A stretch of DNA of 64,000 nucleotides from Octopus vulgaris (Eukaryota): contig OX597820.1 in NCBI GenBank assembly GCA_951406725.2, positions 6,820,001-6,884,000 of the forward strand. The letters are read 5' to 3'. The notes beneath the pieces were generated by a model. That model saw only the letters and a list, made by a program, of their open reading frames with translations. It ran no database searches and was not told the DNA's origin. The translations under genes and the position numbers were made by a program. Positions 25,391-40,240 of this stretch are shown here, one piece after another; positions within the stretch are counted from its first letter, which is position 1, and the number at the start of each line of letters is the position of its first letter.

Positions 25391-27287
25391 ACATCATTAT
25401 ATCGTGTTATGTTATACATGAGGTGCATTTCTACGAGAATTTGACCAAACAACTGTCTGTACGTTGTTAGTAATAATTAATATGACCATCGTCGGCAGCA
25501 CCGCCGGCAATGTCAGCAACAGTAATATTATTATTAATAGTTGCTTGGCTCAATGTTATATGAAAATAGAGAGGGAGTGGGGTGGGGAAAGAGTAAGAGG
25601 ATAGGGAAGAGGAGCCATACAAGGAAGAATGGCAACTATATGAGCAGTAGTAATAATAGCAAACACTAAATATCCTATCATCACCACCACCATCATTATC
25701 CTCATAATTATCATTATCTTCACCACGTTAAACCTCATCAACAGCATCATTATCATCGTTATCCGCCTTTTCTCCTCCTCCTCCTCCTTCTCCTTATCAA
25801 TATCATCATCATTATCACCATTGTCATCATCATCATCATCATTGTGACAATTTGCTCATCAAAGAAATTATTGCCTCTAATTACCGTCACGAAAATTTAC
25901 AAGTGAATTCAATTGCCTTGCGTATCGATCAAATTACCCACAAATCAATGCCATCCAGCGTCCTGAAACGTCAACCCCGATGACGTCACCACTGTGCCCC
26001 CCCTTCCCCACCGCCGTCAACGTCGTTGACGCTGCCCTTATACACTCGTTCACTCGTTCGAGGTGAGAAATTTCTTTCCTTCTCTATTTCGTTTGATGTG
26101 TTACTTGACTTTGAGACGTCGTTCTTCACCACGACCACCACCACCAAACACGATCATTATCATCCGCTTGCTTTCCTCCTACTCCTCCTCATCATAGTCA
26201 TAAGCTATACCTTCACTGTTACCAACACCTGTACATCCAGAGCATCCTCTTCCTCCTCCTCCTCCTACTCCTCCTCATAATCATCATCATCATCATTAGC
26301 AGCAGCATACTCATGATGATGACGATGATCATTATGGCCATCTCAGAAATCATAGTCTTATTCTTGTTGTTGTGGATTCACTACTGATTTGCAACTATTG
26401 GTCAGCCTTGATTCAGCATACTCATGATTAAATGAATTCTATCCGTGCCCATCACGTCTTTTTGTATCACGCTAACGAACAAGTTTCTACATTGTAACTC
26501 AGTCAGTGTGCCAGAAACAACAGCCAAATCTAACCTAAATCATTCTGCCAACTTTATAAAGGCGGAGTCACATCGGATATGGTCCTTGATTTCCTACACA
26601 CAGGAAAAGGACATGATGGCCATAGATGGAGTGTCTTTGATCATTGGTATGTTTTCTTCGCAGTACCCTAGGAGTTAAAAATAATAACAACAACGGCAAT
26701 ATCGCGTATCTTTTTCATTGATTTAAAAAATTTTTTATGAATACATATTCTTTTTAAAGAAGGTAGCCTGTAATACGAGGGATATTTAGCTGCTATATTT
26801 TCCATATCAAATGACGGTCGTCGCTACACATTTTCCTACTTAGCGTCTCCAGATAAATGGCTGCGAGAAAGCGGGCAAGATTGCAGGGTATATGTTTGGG
26901 AATAGTTTTATTGTGCAATATTAGTTTGACTGCGGTGATGCAGGTACCTCAGTGTTTTACCTTCTACACTGATCTATCCAACAGTGTTACACAACTAAAC
27001 TAAGTGGCTATGGGCTCCAGAAGGCTTAATGTGTAGGATGTGCACTGAAGAAAGAACAAGAACTCTTGAAATATGCATATACACTCATTACCTTTTTTTC
27101 TATCGTCGGTCGCATTCTTTACATGGATGTATTCATATATGAAACATCATAATTTTGAGTGCTGGCTCTAAATTCAATAGAAAATCCCTTAAGATTACTT
27201 AAAAGTGATTAACTATCACAGCTAACACAAAATCTAGCAGTTGCTATTAACTTATGAGCTTTTAATATACTTGGAAGCATGTATACT

Positions 27288-27688
27288 ATTCTTTCCTATT
27301 CTAGGCACAAGACCCGAAATTTGGGGAGAGGAGACCTAGTCGGTGATATTGACCCCAGTATGCAACCAGTACTTAATTTATCGACCGCGAAAGGATTAAA
27401 GGCAAGGTCAACCTCGGCGGAATCTGACCTCAGTACATCAAGACAGACGGAATACCTATTTCTTTACTACTCACAAGGGGCTAAACACAGAGGGGACAAA
27501 CAAGGACAGACAAACGGATTAAGTCGATTACATTGACTCCAGTGCGTAATTGGTACTTATTTAATCGACCCCCGAAAGGATGAAAGGCAAAGTCGACCTC
27601 GGCGGAATTTGAACTCAGAATGTAGCGGCAGACAAAATACCCTTCAGCATTTCGTCCGGCGTGCTAACGTTTCTGCCAGCTCGCCGCT
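27288..27688 (-). mobile_element. SINE family B with internal tandem duplication
   Basis: Two successive B-box/GGTCGACTTTGCCTTT units, then tail CCCCAAATTTCGGGTCTTGTGCCTAG. Confidence 0.85.
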
Positions 27689-29439
27689 TTAACGAAATAT
27701 GGTGTTCTTACCAGCAATAAATCTGTTAATATTTCATATTCATAGAGCTAACTTTGCTGTATTTCTACAGGGTTATTTCATCAGCAATACTTCAGTATGT
27801 ACGGTGAATCTGTTTCCCTAAGGTGATCAAATAACATCGAAACAGGAAACTAGTTGCTTCCCATACTTCTTAAAATCCCTAAAATACCGTTCGCTTCTCA
27901 TTAGGGTTTCCTGTTTCTAATTTTCTTGTTTATACTCACTGTATTAAATATGCTCAACAATACTTAGCTATTGATTTTTATGCATAAGGGCACCCTCAGT
28001 AATTCATATCAAAGTTTTGTTGTTATTACTGTTTTGTTGTTATTCTTGTTGTTATTGGTGTTGTTCTTTTTTTCTAAGTCTTAAATAAATATCAAGAGCG
28101 TCATCTTCAGTTTTGTAAGAATGATGATATCAGCTTTTTCCTTCAGGTGGAAAAATATAACCGACGTAAATGAGATTTGCCCATTCACAATAACACCTTC
28201 GTAGAGATGCAACTAGATAAATAAGCTACCTCACTTAATCCGCCCTTAATATAGAGACAGACTTAGAGATAGAGAGGAAGGAATATTCTCAAACACAAAG
28301 TAAAAATTAATCCACATTCATATTTAGTGGTGGACAGCAAGGAGTTGTTTTATGCACAGAACTTGAACCAAATCATCGAAAAGAAAGGTCACTGTTTCCA
28401 AGGGTTTCGTACAAAAAGATCTAAAATTCAGCCTGTAATTTGACCTGTCCACTCACACTGTTGAGCAATCAAATTTTCGCTAAATTATTATTCCTGGCAC
28501 TTCTACAATTCCGGGAAAAATTAGTAAACTGACAACTATTTCATGTGGAGAAGCCAATACGTCTTTAATCGGCATGCTAGAAATAGCAGCAACATTCATG
28601 CTCCTGATAGGAAAAAGGATGGGAGAGTCACAAGTTGAATGCATCTGATTATACATTTTCTCCATCAGGACAGACCTAGGGTTGAATACCGACAACAACA
28701 ACTAGAGCAGGTGTGTTCGTTCTCTATTTTACTCTTTCGAATATTAATCCGGCAGTCATCGAGCAAACATTCTCGCTTCCTTTAATCAATCAAACAAATC
28801 GTCTGTGAGTAGCACACTAGATGTCGCTACTGTCATATTTACATTTATCAAAGACTGCAGCTCAGTCAAACAATTTTCTTTGACCAATTTTTCTTGCATT
28901 GCATAATCGTTTGGTTCCATCAAATATATTTTTCCGTTTCTTATTTACAGAGCCAAAGAAGCAGAACTTAATTCCAGGTTTTTATGGCAACAATTACGAG
29001 GGAAACGAGTTTGAAAGAAAGAGATTTGCTGGTAGAGTATGCAGGGAAGAGTTCTTTACGGGTAAAAATCTAAAGGTAGTTATTTACGGGTAGATTGTAT
29101 GTGGTAATTATTTACGGGTAGATTTTGTAGGGTATTTATTGCTGGATAGATTTTGAAGGAGCTAATCAATATAAAAATAGTCATAAATAGATTTGAGTGA
29201 TATCTAGAGCGGCGAAACACGTGAATCACACGTATTGCGATGTGTATGTCATTGCATATCCGCAAATGTGCTATAATTGAAGGGGCGCGGATCGAGGAAA
29301 GAGATGGCCGAGTGGTTTGATATGTTCAGCCTGCATTTAGTAAAAATCTGAGTTCGCTTTCACTCAGCAATGTTCGAGACTTCTTTTTTTTTCTAACGGA
29401 AACTCGTCAAAAAAGCTTTGCAGAGATAGAATTTGTATT

Positions 29440-31425
29440 TTCAAAGGTCCAGCGAAACCTTTGAAATAGACGTGTGCTATTCCGAACAGGTCTCTCCGCA
29501 ACAACCTCCACCACACGTGCTACGTCATAGAGAGGGTAGGCAAGGAACATGACATAGGTGGAGCTCTGATCAATTTGGATCAATCAAAAGCTTTTGACAG
29601 AGTCGACCATCAATACTTGAAGGCTGTCCTCACAGCGGCCGGTTTCGATCCTGTTTTCAGACGCTGGATCGCTGCAATGTATAGCTGCATCCGTTCGGTG
29701 GTCAAAGTAAACGGCCTTGTATGGGCATCGTTCGGTCCGTCAAGGATGGCCACTCTCTTCCCTTCTATACGTGCTGGCTCTCGAGCCATTACTAAGGAAG
29801 GTGGATATTTAGAGGGGCATCCCGCGTGATCTAGGGTGCAGAAGGGCCATGTCGGCTTATGCGGACGACGTCACCTTAATAGTGTCGATCAGTTTGGAAA
29901 TCGAGGTGATCATCTCCATCATAAGGAAGTACGAAGCGCTGACAGGAGCAAAAATTAATCAGAAAAAGTTGGAGGGCCTGCAGCTCGGCACATGGAGAGA
30001 CAAGTCTTATCCAGCCGACAGCGTTGCAAGGTGCTGAACGGAAGGACCGACTAAATTGCTCGGGATTTGTTTTGATTCGGACCTCCAGTCGGACAGTAAC
30101 TCTGTGGGGGAAATGACGAGCAGGGTAGACAATCTAATCAAGAAATGGTCAGAGATAAAGTTGTCCTTCAAAGGTCGGGCAGAGGTGGCGAATGCGTACA
30201 TCGTTTACGTCATCTATTAACGGCTGACCGTCGTACCTTGCCCTGCTTCATGGCCGACCAAGCTGGAACGCTTTCTTTTCTGCTTTCTGTGAAGGGAAGT
30301 TTTCCGCTCGCGAGACGGTCCATCTGCTGTCAACAACCACTGAGTGGAGGACTGAGCATTCCATGGTTAATGATGCACAGACACACACTGACGCTACACC
30401 ATCTCCAGCATTTTCTTAACGGGGAACAGGTGAGGTCACCGTTTGTCAAGCAGGATTTCCCGCAGCTCGTTTCATTGATGGAGCTACAGTCCTGGATTAA
30501 ACGTAGAACAAGAAACGAAGTTTGGCACATGGTCGTTGGATGTTCCACTATGGAGTTCTATGGGGTTTTCCTGACGGGCAAGGGCGATGATGTCCTGGGG
30601 GGAAAACTGTAGGCGTTGGGAGGGACCAATTAACCGGTCTTTTCCGGAGGATTTCCGAGCCAAGGCCTATGAATAACTTCCAGAAATCCCTGACTTGGCA
30701 GTGCTACCGCGCAGTTCTGTCGGTTTGAGAGAAGCTCTACAGACACGGAAGTGCTATCAGACAGACTTGTCCGAGATGTGCGCATGGCTACGAAACTGTC
30801 CTGTACGCACTCGTCCAGTGGCCGTGCGTTATTGACTTGTGGAGCTGCTATCGTGTGTAGGACGAATCCGGTTATCAGCCGGGTCCATCGGGAAGATCGC
30901 CACGCCACGTTTCTTTGGTTGGGGAGGAAAGCCAGTTTTCCTCTGTCTGGTGGCTATGGCGAAGGAGCTAGTGTGGTGGACGAGACCGAAAGTACTGAAG
31001 ATAGACACTTCCTTCTTCGGCCAAGCCCTCATCGACCGTTTCAAGTTCCACTTGAAAAGGAAAGGGAGGGTAGAGAGGGAAGTTCTGCTCCTCAGTAAAT
31101 TTGTTGAAAAGTAGGTTCATGTGGCGAGGATGGCCTGTGTGAATAGGCCTACGCTGAACTTTTGTTTGTAAACCGGAGGAGCTGAGAAGTGGAGAGACAC
31201 CTGCTTAGGTGCATCTGGTGGTCGGGTTAACCAGGTTGTGTGGGGGTTCTGCAGTTGTCCCTATGAAGAACACCCACAGTTTGGGGAATTTTTATTGTTA
31301 AATTGTTTTGCTATTTTGTTTGTTATTGTTATTACACACGGCATTGTTCAGAACCCCACTTGCCCCTTGTATTGTATTGTTCCTATTTTCTTTGTGTTCG
31401 CCCCCTTGAGGCCAATAAAAGAAAG
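29440..31425 (+). mobile_element. 5'-truncated L1/Tx1-clade LINE, decayed ORF2
   Basis: RT motifs LINLDQSKAFDRVDH, VRQG, SAYADDVT, GAKINQKK; C-terminal CPRC zinc-knuckle remnant near 30767; frameshifts and stops; AATAAA at 31414 followed by an (ATT)-rich tail. Confidence 0.9.
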
Positions 31426-32046
31426 TATTATTATTGTTGTCATTCTTATTGCTATTATTATTATTGTTGTTATTATTATTAGCATTGTTATATGGTTATT
31501 AAATCACATAGATGGATAACTACACTGCAAGTTCAGTGTTCTCGTGTCGGAGACTTATTCTGATCGCTCAGTCATTTGAATGTGTTATTTTCTGTTACTA
31601 ACAGGAGATTTGTGAATATAATCAGAATCCTGTATGTCACACAGGCTTGCATGTGTAAATCTGCAATCCTTTGATCAGCTACCACAGATAATCGACCGCA
31701 AATAAACCATTTCTTCCCCTCACACACACACACACACGCACAAAAAGAAAAAAAAAAGAAAAAAACTTAGGGATAAGGCAGGGAATAATTAATAAACCAT
31801 AATAATCTCCATTCTAACCAAAACATTGTTCTATCTTGCTACTATGCACCAATATAGGCATTGATGGAATTCTTCAATAGGAACCAATTCACAGCAGTAA
31901 CATATTTCCATATGTCACCGCAAGCAACCGGTCTTTTCATGCATCAATGCAACTAACCGATGTAGAACAGGTTTTAACTGGGAAACGTAAATGAATGGTC
32001 GTCTGCCGCAGTTGATGCGCACATATACACAGTGTCTATGAATCCA

Positions 32047-32049
<3 letters not shown>

Positions 32050-32088
<39 letters not shown>

Positions 32089-32098
32089 TATATGCATA

Positions 32099-32135
<37 letters not shown>

Positions 32136-32149
32136 GATATATATGCATA

Positions 32150-32195
<46 letters not shown>

Positions 32196-32247
32196 CATAC
32201 ATATATATATATATATATACGTACATACATATATTATATAACTATGT

Positions 32248-32333
<86 letters not shown>

Positions 32334-32517
32334 CTTATGTACATTTGTAAGTATGTGAACATGTATATTAGTATGTATGTTTTGTAGGTCTGTCGGTTGT
32401 TATATCAGTATATACATGCACATAAGTATGTAAATATGTCCGTGTTTAAGACTGCTTGCAGACTTCTATGTCTGTAGGTACGCATCTATCTATGCATACA
32501 AATATGTGTACTGTATG

Positions 32518-32559
<42 letters not shown>

Positions 32560-32704
32560 TAGATATGCAAACATTTACATATGTTCTGTATAAGACTGCA
32601 TTTGTGCATGTCTGTATCCTCTATGTATATACGTAGGTGTATGCAGTACATGTCTAAGTATGTATGAATGTGCGTATATATGTGTGCTTATCCAGTCGGT
32701 ATGC

Positions 32705-32738
<34 letters not shown>

Positions 32739-32997
32739 CTATGCGTCTTGATAATGCTAATAGTGACGTATGAGATTTCTGCTTGGACACCGAAATGTGT
32801 GACCTAATTCTATGCCTCGTGCAGGTATTTCTAAGTGCGAGTCTGCGAGTGTATATGGTTCTCTTTCTCCCCCTCCCTCGGTGTATATATATATGTGTAA
32901 ATGGGGAGAGGGTGAGGCGAAGAGAGAAAGAAAGACAAATAGAGAGAATAGACAGCAAGTTGATGTGCATGTATGGGTGTATATGCATATATATGCA

Positions 32998-33042
<45 letters not shown>

Positions 33043-33061
33043 GCTTATAAATATGTATATT

Positions 33062-33097
<36 letters not shown>

Positions 33098-33170
33098 CAC
33101 TTATAAATATATACATTCATACATACATACATATATATATATATACATACACTTATAAATATATACATTC

Positions 33171-33201
<31 letters not shown>

Positions 33202-33309
33202 CATACACTTATAAATATATACATACATACATATATATATATACATACACTTAGAAATATATACATTCATACATACATATATATACATACACTTAGAAAT
33301 ATATACATT

Positions 33310-33363
<54 letters not shown>

Positions 33364-33473
33364 GACACACACACACACTTACACATACACATTTTCTATA
33401 TTTACAGAAGGAGACAGACAGAAATAGATATATAGATGTACAAATATATAGATTTATATCTATATATACATAG

Positions 33474-33519
<46 letters not shown>

Positions 33520-33550
33520 TATATATAGAGAGAGAGTGAGAGAGAGAGAT
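32050..33550. repeat. Microsatellite-rich block, including a ~40 bp higher-order unit (33037-33320)
   Basis: ACACTTATAAATATATACATTCATACATAC(AT)n repeated about 6 times. Confidence 0.85.
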
Positions 33551-34205
33551 AGAGATACTGCTGCTGCTGTTTTTACCTAATCTTTTACCTAAGTTAGTTT
33601 TGTTAATTATAAAATGTCGGAGCAGTGAAGTGTAAACTCTTTGATGTGGTTCATTTGAAGATATTGTATCTTTATTGCTAAATAAGTTGATATACGATTT
33701 GCAGAACGAAGCTTCGAAGTAGCATTAAAATTAATTGAATTTCATAGAGTGATTAATAGTAGTGCTGTGGCGCCGCCGAACACTGGGTTTTTAGATTCTT
33801 TTCATTGTTTATCTCGTAAATACGTTTTGTTTCTTCTGTACATATTGTTATTGTTTATGTGGTCTACCAAAGCTAGCTGTGACATGGACGACGCATTTCA
33901 GCCCTGACATCCCTGTCTTGTTTTAACTGTGATATATCCAGAACTGAATTATTCAATGCGACTCATTTTGAGAAGCAAAGAGAGTGGTATGAAGATTTGG
34001 CAGGCATTTCATACCGAAGAATTAATTCTATAAAGAATCAATTCTGACCTTGTACTGTCGCTGTCTTTGTTCTGATGTTGTTAGCATTGGTGTTGTTGTT
34101 GCTGATCTTCAGTAAGTTTCTTTTTTGAACAGCCTTGTTCGTGTTGTCAAAGATATTCCAGTCGTATATAAACGTATTTAGCAATAAAGGTCTCTTTCTC
34201 TCGCC

Positions 34206-34266
<61 letters not shown>

Positions 34267-35388
34267 CGTATAATCCAACGTGGTGCTGTTTTAAGCCGTG
34301 ATTTCTAGCGGAATCTATGCACATGCATTAATTCCCCGAAGGTGTGCATATGTTGAATGAAAGTTTTCTTCAAGTCATTGACATCGAATCCTGCATAATT
34401 ATTTACGATACCATCAAGTATATTAAGGGTCACCTGTTAATACACTTTTAAGAAACCAAAATCCCATCAAGTGACAGGAAAGTGGATTGCCTTCGTCAGG
34501 AGCAAGTGGGCGCCTGGAGGATATCTTGTTTAGTTGTATAACTTTTTTTGTTGCCGGGGAGTGATTGCGATGTCGGAGCGATATTCTTTAGGCAAGTGAG
34601 ACTAATTGTGACATTATGCGCATTAAAACGTGTATGACATACGAATTTGGCTGAAACTTTAGTTCCTGTTGGTATTATAGATTAACTGTTAAACATATTG
34701 TGACGAAAATGCCAGGATGCAAAGTTATGAATTCCTAGAGCTGAAGAGATTTCATCAGACATACAGGTTTTTTCTATCTGAATGATGGGACAGTCTTGTT
34801 CAACAATGTCGTTTATAATTATATTGTTGCTTTTGTAAGGCTAATAATTTAAATTAAAAAATTAAATAAAACATATAAAGATGAAATTCCAAATGAATCT
34901 CCCAAAAACCGTAACGGCAACAAAATGAATCGCTTCATAAAACTAATTCAGTAATATAAAGGTGAGTCAGGAGACACAAAGAAATCTTTTAGTCAGACTG
35001 GTTCCAGCTAGTTGAATTTGTCAATGGTATAGCATCACCAGGAGAGCAATTACAAGCAACGTCACACAAACACACACACACACAGAAACATACTAATCAA
35101 TAATGAAATCATAAATTCACAAAATAAAATTATGTAAAATTAGAAATATAATTCTTGATAAAAAAGAAATTGTAACAGTTTGTTTTCACTTCTTAAAAAA
35201 AGCGAAACATATACAAATGCGTAAACATTTAAATATATATTTTGTTAAGTATTTAAATTTTTATCTTGTGTTGTAATACATCATAAAAGTGGTGTCCATT
35301 CTTTAGAAAAAGATACACGTTGCCAGCAGCAAAATAACGCAATAATCATTCTTGTTTATTTAATAATAATTTTATATGACACACAAAA

Positions 35389-35777
35389 GGAGGAAGCACT
35401 CCGTCGGTTACGACGATGAGGGTTCCGGTTGATCCGAATCAACGGAACAGCCTGCTCGTGAAATTAACGTGTAAGTGGCTGAGCACTCCACAGACACGTG
35501 CACCCTTAACGTAGTTCTCGGGGATATTCAGCGTGATACAGAGAGTGACAAGGCTGGCCCCTTGAAATACAGGTACAACAGAAACAGGAAGTAAGAGTGA
35601 GAGAAAGTTGTGATGAAAGAGTACAGCAGGGATCACCACCATCCCCTGCCGGAGACTCGTGGAGCTTGTAGGTGTTTTCGCTCAATAAACACTCACAACG
35701 CCCGGTCTGGGAATCGAAACCACGATCCTATGACCGCGAGTCCGCTGCCCTAACCACTGGGCCATTGCGCCTCCAGG
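35389..35777 (-). mobile_element. tRNA-headed SINE family D (family C tail, different head)
   Basis: Head GGAGGCGCAATGGCCCAGTGGTTAGG..GGTTTCGATTCCC; 3' ~190 bp shared with 23021-23200; TSD CACACAAAA at 35380 and 35778. Confidence 0.88.
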
Positions 35778-36676
35778 CACACAAAAACAATGTTCTGTCA
35801 AGCTGAAAGAGAAAATCATTGCAAAAGAATACTGTATAATTATCGGTTCTAAATAGGATTAAGACCTCAACATACACAGGGAGGAAAAATAGAGACTAAT
35901 ATATAGGAACTTACCTTTGATTTTGTCAGTGAATGCGATAAAGAGAACAAGGAATAGATAGGAAGGCGTACACATCGCTGATGGTGGAGGTGGTAGGAGC
36001 AGTAGTAGTAATAGTTATTGTTGTTGTAACTGAGATTGTTGTTGTTTTCTACGTCCAAATTTACTGGCAATTTCCTAATTCAACTCAGATCTCTGCATTT
36101 AAATTGAGGCTTAATTAGTTTATGTCATTAAGAATATCAATTGTAATGGTCGTAACATCGACGATGGCGTTAAGGTTAATTGAAGGAACATCCGATCACC
36201 TTCGTATATGCTACGATGACACTTGTAAAGGTATCTGTTTTCACTCTGGTTCACGCCCTGAAAATAGAAGAAAAAGGGAATAATATTAGTTAAAGCTAAC
36301 CTCACTAATACACACACACACGTATCGAGAGAGTGAAAGAGAGAGACATATATAGATACATGTATAGATTCATATATAGTTTCATGCATACAAGTAAGCT
36401 CACTCGTGGTAAGCATTAAAGCTGCAAACCAGCTATCAGGTTAAACAGTAATAAAACTCAGAAGATATTTAACTTAACTATGCTCCTGAAAAATTAAGAA
36501 AACCCTCGCAGTAATATTACTACTATAGCGTGCATAATAATCATTTAATGTCAGGTGAAGTGAGAGGCAAAATAGCATTAAAGTCTGAAACCTCACATCC
36601 GTTGTCAATGATGGAACGGCTGTAACCATAAAGAATTTTTCAAGATACTTTTTACTTCTCCTAGGCTATACTTATG

Positions 36677-36713
<37 letters not shown>

Positions 36714-37732
36714 ATGTGTGTGTGTGTGTGTGTGTATGTGTGTATGTATATATTACATATCATAAATGAGTACATACATTCATATTCATTCGCACATTCA
36801 TACGCACGAACACACGCGCACTCTGAAGCCTAAAGAAGTGTCAAAAACCAGTGCGGGAAGAACAGATGTTAAAAAGCAAAGGTGCACATTCGATGGTTTG
36901 GATGATATTCTTCCAAAATAATAATAATAATAAATAATAATAATAATAATATAAAAGAGTAATCGGCCGGTAACAAATGAACAAGCGGAAACGACATGGA
37001 GAGAAACACGTGATAAAACGTTAATGTGGTGAAATGTAATCTTATGAAGTGTTGTCAGAAATGGCGGTGTGGACGAGCGTGCAGGTGTTGTGTTGGAGCA
37101 TATCGGAATTTTATTGTTGGTGTAGAGGTTGGTAAGCGGTTGAATCGTTAGGACGTCAAGAAAACTATCTTGATCGATTTGTGCCGCTTCGAATGCAACT
37201 TTGAGTTTCATCTTCTTATCCGTCAAGTAGTGAGTAAGATTCAACAGAAAGTCCCCTTCCCCTCATATTTCTGGACTCGTGACTCTCTGTTAACAAATTT
37301 TGGTTGTTTCAGTTGAAAATGAATAAACAATCAAGTCTGGTCAGATGTACATGGTCCACCACAAATGATTATAATATAAATGCTGGAAAATTCATGACAT
37401 TCACGGAAATTGATGTACAAATGAGATTGTTGTTTGAAGAATTATCGTAATTGTGTGATGAATATTTTAATACGTTAAACATCTCTGTCATTGTTCTCGT
37501 TGCAAGAAATAACGAGACTCATCAAAGATTGATTATATATTTAGAAATGTATTCCTTCGGTTAATTTGTCAAATCACTTAATAAATTTTCCGCATTCTTG
37601 GAGAAATCTACTGAGTTGCATTTGTTTAAATATTGAGAAATATCTACCTAGATGTTTACTGGCTTGTCTTTCATTTATTCCAAGAGTTCAGAAATATTGG
37701 CTCCTCTTGTTTCTGCTTTCGATACTAACTCT

Positions 37733-38904
37733 CAGGCTGAGTAAAAAGTTAGCAATGTTTTGAAACATGAAATTCATCACAATATATTTCAACAATGCAG
37801 AAATTTTCTTCATCAAAGTAAGTACCATTTTTGCCAACGAGTTACAAGTTTCTTTATTCTGGTAACTTAAAAATGTGGAGTTCTGGAGTTGATGAACTCT
37901 TTGAAGGTGTATTCAACAAGAGAAAGGTCTGCGGTATAGGCTGGATGGAGAAATGCTTCGTAGCCACGTTCCATCAACTTCTGGAGCGTCATTAGTGAAA
38001 CGTGTGGTCGAACATTGTCATGAAGAATGATTGGTCCTCTTCTGTTGGCCAGTCTGGGATGGAGGAGTAGTCGTTTTCAGTTCATTTTGGTAATTTCATG
38101 GCAATATGTTTCTGCTGTAATGTTTTTCCAATTTAAAAGGGGTTATAGTGGAGGAGTCCAGCAGTACACCACAAAACAGTTACCATCACCTTCTTTTTGA
38201 AGAGCTCGGATTTAGGGAAGGTTTTTCGGTGCTTCTTTTTGGTCCAACCTCTGCGAAGACCGTCTTTTTAAAATTATTGTACAGAATCCACTTTCATCGC
38301 AAGTTACAATGCGGTCGAGAAATGAATCAGTCTGTTTACGGAGAAGAAGCGATGAGCATATTTCATATCTGTGCATTTTCTGAATTTCATTCAAATCATG
38401 TGGTACGCATTTGTCGAGGATTTTGATTTTCCAATCGCATGCAAATTGTTGCAGGCAGTTGTTTTGGCTAACGAAGTTCTTTCGCCAGTTCTCGAGTGGT
38501 TTTACGTGGGTCTTTCTCAAAGACGATCTTCAATTGACCGTCATCGATGTCAGATGGGCATCTACTACGTTCACGATCTTCAAGGCTTGGGTCTCCACTT
38601 TCGAGCTGCCCAATCACTGATCATTTCTTCACCAAAGGTTTTGTTGATATCGCGAGCAGTTTCAGCTTCTTTACATCCTTTTTTAAAGTTGAATTTCAAA
38701 ATTGCTCGAATATCGCGCTTTGACAGTCCCATTACAGTTGATGGTAACAACTTTCAAAACATCAATGTTAATTTATTGGCGCATTTGGGCAAGTCTGTAT
38801 TATGAGACTATTTGAAAAAAATATTTTTTAAAAATTCAAAACTCTAGAAAATCCGGCACAAATTCTTCATGGTTCAAAATGTTGCTTACTTTTTACTCAA
38901 CCTC
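37733..38904 (-). mobile_element. Decayed mariner (D,D34D-type) transposon
   Basis: ~40 bp TIRs AGGYTGAGTAAAAAGTWAGCAAYRTTTTGAAMCATGAA; minus-strand motifs VPHDL, FLDRIVTCDE, LHDNVRPH, HPAYTADL; frameshifted. Confidence 0.9.
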
Positions 38905-39766
38905 ATATATAGTTTAATTTGATGTTAAGTAATCACTGTTGTAATAAATTCCGTTGTGTATTTATATATTTTCTTTCACGTATAAAGAAGTAATTCCGTT
39001 TCTTAGGTAAATTTTCATTTTATTTATTATTAATGTAAATACTGGACTGACTCATCGATGCAGAATTGTTTGCAGCAAGTCTACTTCAAAAACATACACA
39101 GGTTTCTATATTTCAACTTTATTTATTATAATTTTCACTACATTTAAATCAAACAAAACATATTTACTGTCATTATTGATCGTATAGATATTCTTGTCTA
39201 TTTACTAATTTACTTAACAGCGCTATTCGATACTATTTAGACACTTATTATGCAGGAGGTATATGACAACGATGTTCTATGCGCGACCGTCCAATTTGAT
39301 TCATACCTTTGGTGATTTACATGGTGGCGTGCGACCATATTTTTTAAAATTCAGTGTTGACATTTGTTGGGTGGTTAGCTGATATTTCTTCGACATTGAT
39401 ATCCTAACATAGAGGTTCTACCTCATGCGGTGACAGAGACATGCAAATATTATTGGTTCAGTCTCGTACTATGGATTTGAGTGTTTCAAATTGTTACGAG
39501 ATATTATTTCTTCTTCAATTAGAGTCCAGGTATCATCAGCTCAGTATTAAGTATTATCAGAATGAATATTTTAAGCTGTACCCTTGTGCATGATCTTGGT
39601 TATTGTTGTTGTTGTGTTTGTTTTACTCTAGGACATGAACACGAAATCTCTAAGATTAACAATCAATTTATCATACTGTAACAATTAGCAACATCAATAA
39701 TTGTTGTCTGAGCGTAAATATAATATTGACTTAGGTTATCATTAACAAAATTATTTTTAAATGTTG

Positions 39767-39910
39767 GGCTGTGTGGTAAGTAGCTTGCTTACGAGCCACA
39801 TGGTTCCGAGTTCAGTCCCACTGCGTGGCACCTTGGGCAAATGTCTTCTACTCGGGCTGACCAAAGCCTCGTCAGTGGATTTGGCTGATAGAAACTGAAA
39901 GAAGCCCGTC

Positions 39911-39972
<62 letters not shown>

Positions 39973-39980
39973 GTGTATGT

Positions 39981-40019
<39 letters not shown>

Positions 40020-40240
40020 CGTGTGTGTATATGTTTGTGTCTGTGTTTGTCCCCCAACATCGATTGACAACCGATGCTGGTGTATTTAAGTCCCCGTAAA
40101 TTAGCGGTTCGGCAAAAGGGACTGAAAGAATAATTACTAGGTTTACAAAGAATAAGTCCTGGGGTCGATTTGTTCGATTAAAGGCGGTGATCCAGCATGG
40201 CCACAGCCAAATGATTCAAACAAGTAAAAGAGTAAAAGAG
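39767..40240 (+). mobile_element. SINE family A with expanded internal microsatellite
   Basis: Colinear with 2924-3330 and 50302-50710. Confidence 0.88.

Noticed and set aside
27755-27786. CTGATGA...GAAA on minus strand (also CTGAAGA at 17731 and CTGAGGA at 8651)
   Set aside because: Stems II/I do not pair convincingly; compatible with chance
28400-28720. Possible LTR-retrotransposon protease remnant
   Set aside because: No DTG/DSG catalytic motif seen; multiple stops
29080-29155. ~28 bp triplication TATTTACGGGTAGATT (also 24 bp duplication at 46796-46845)
   Set aside because: Ordinary local slippage duplications
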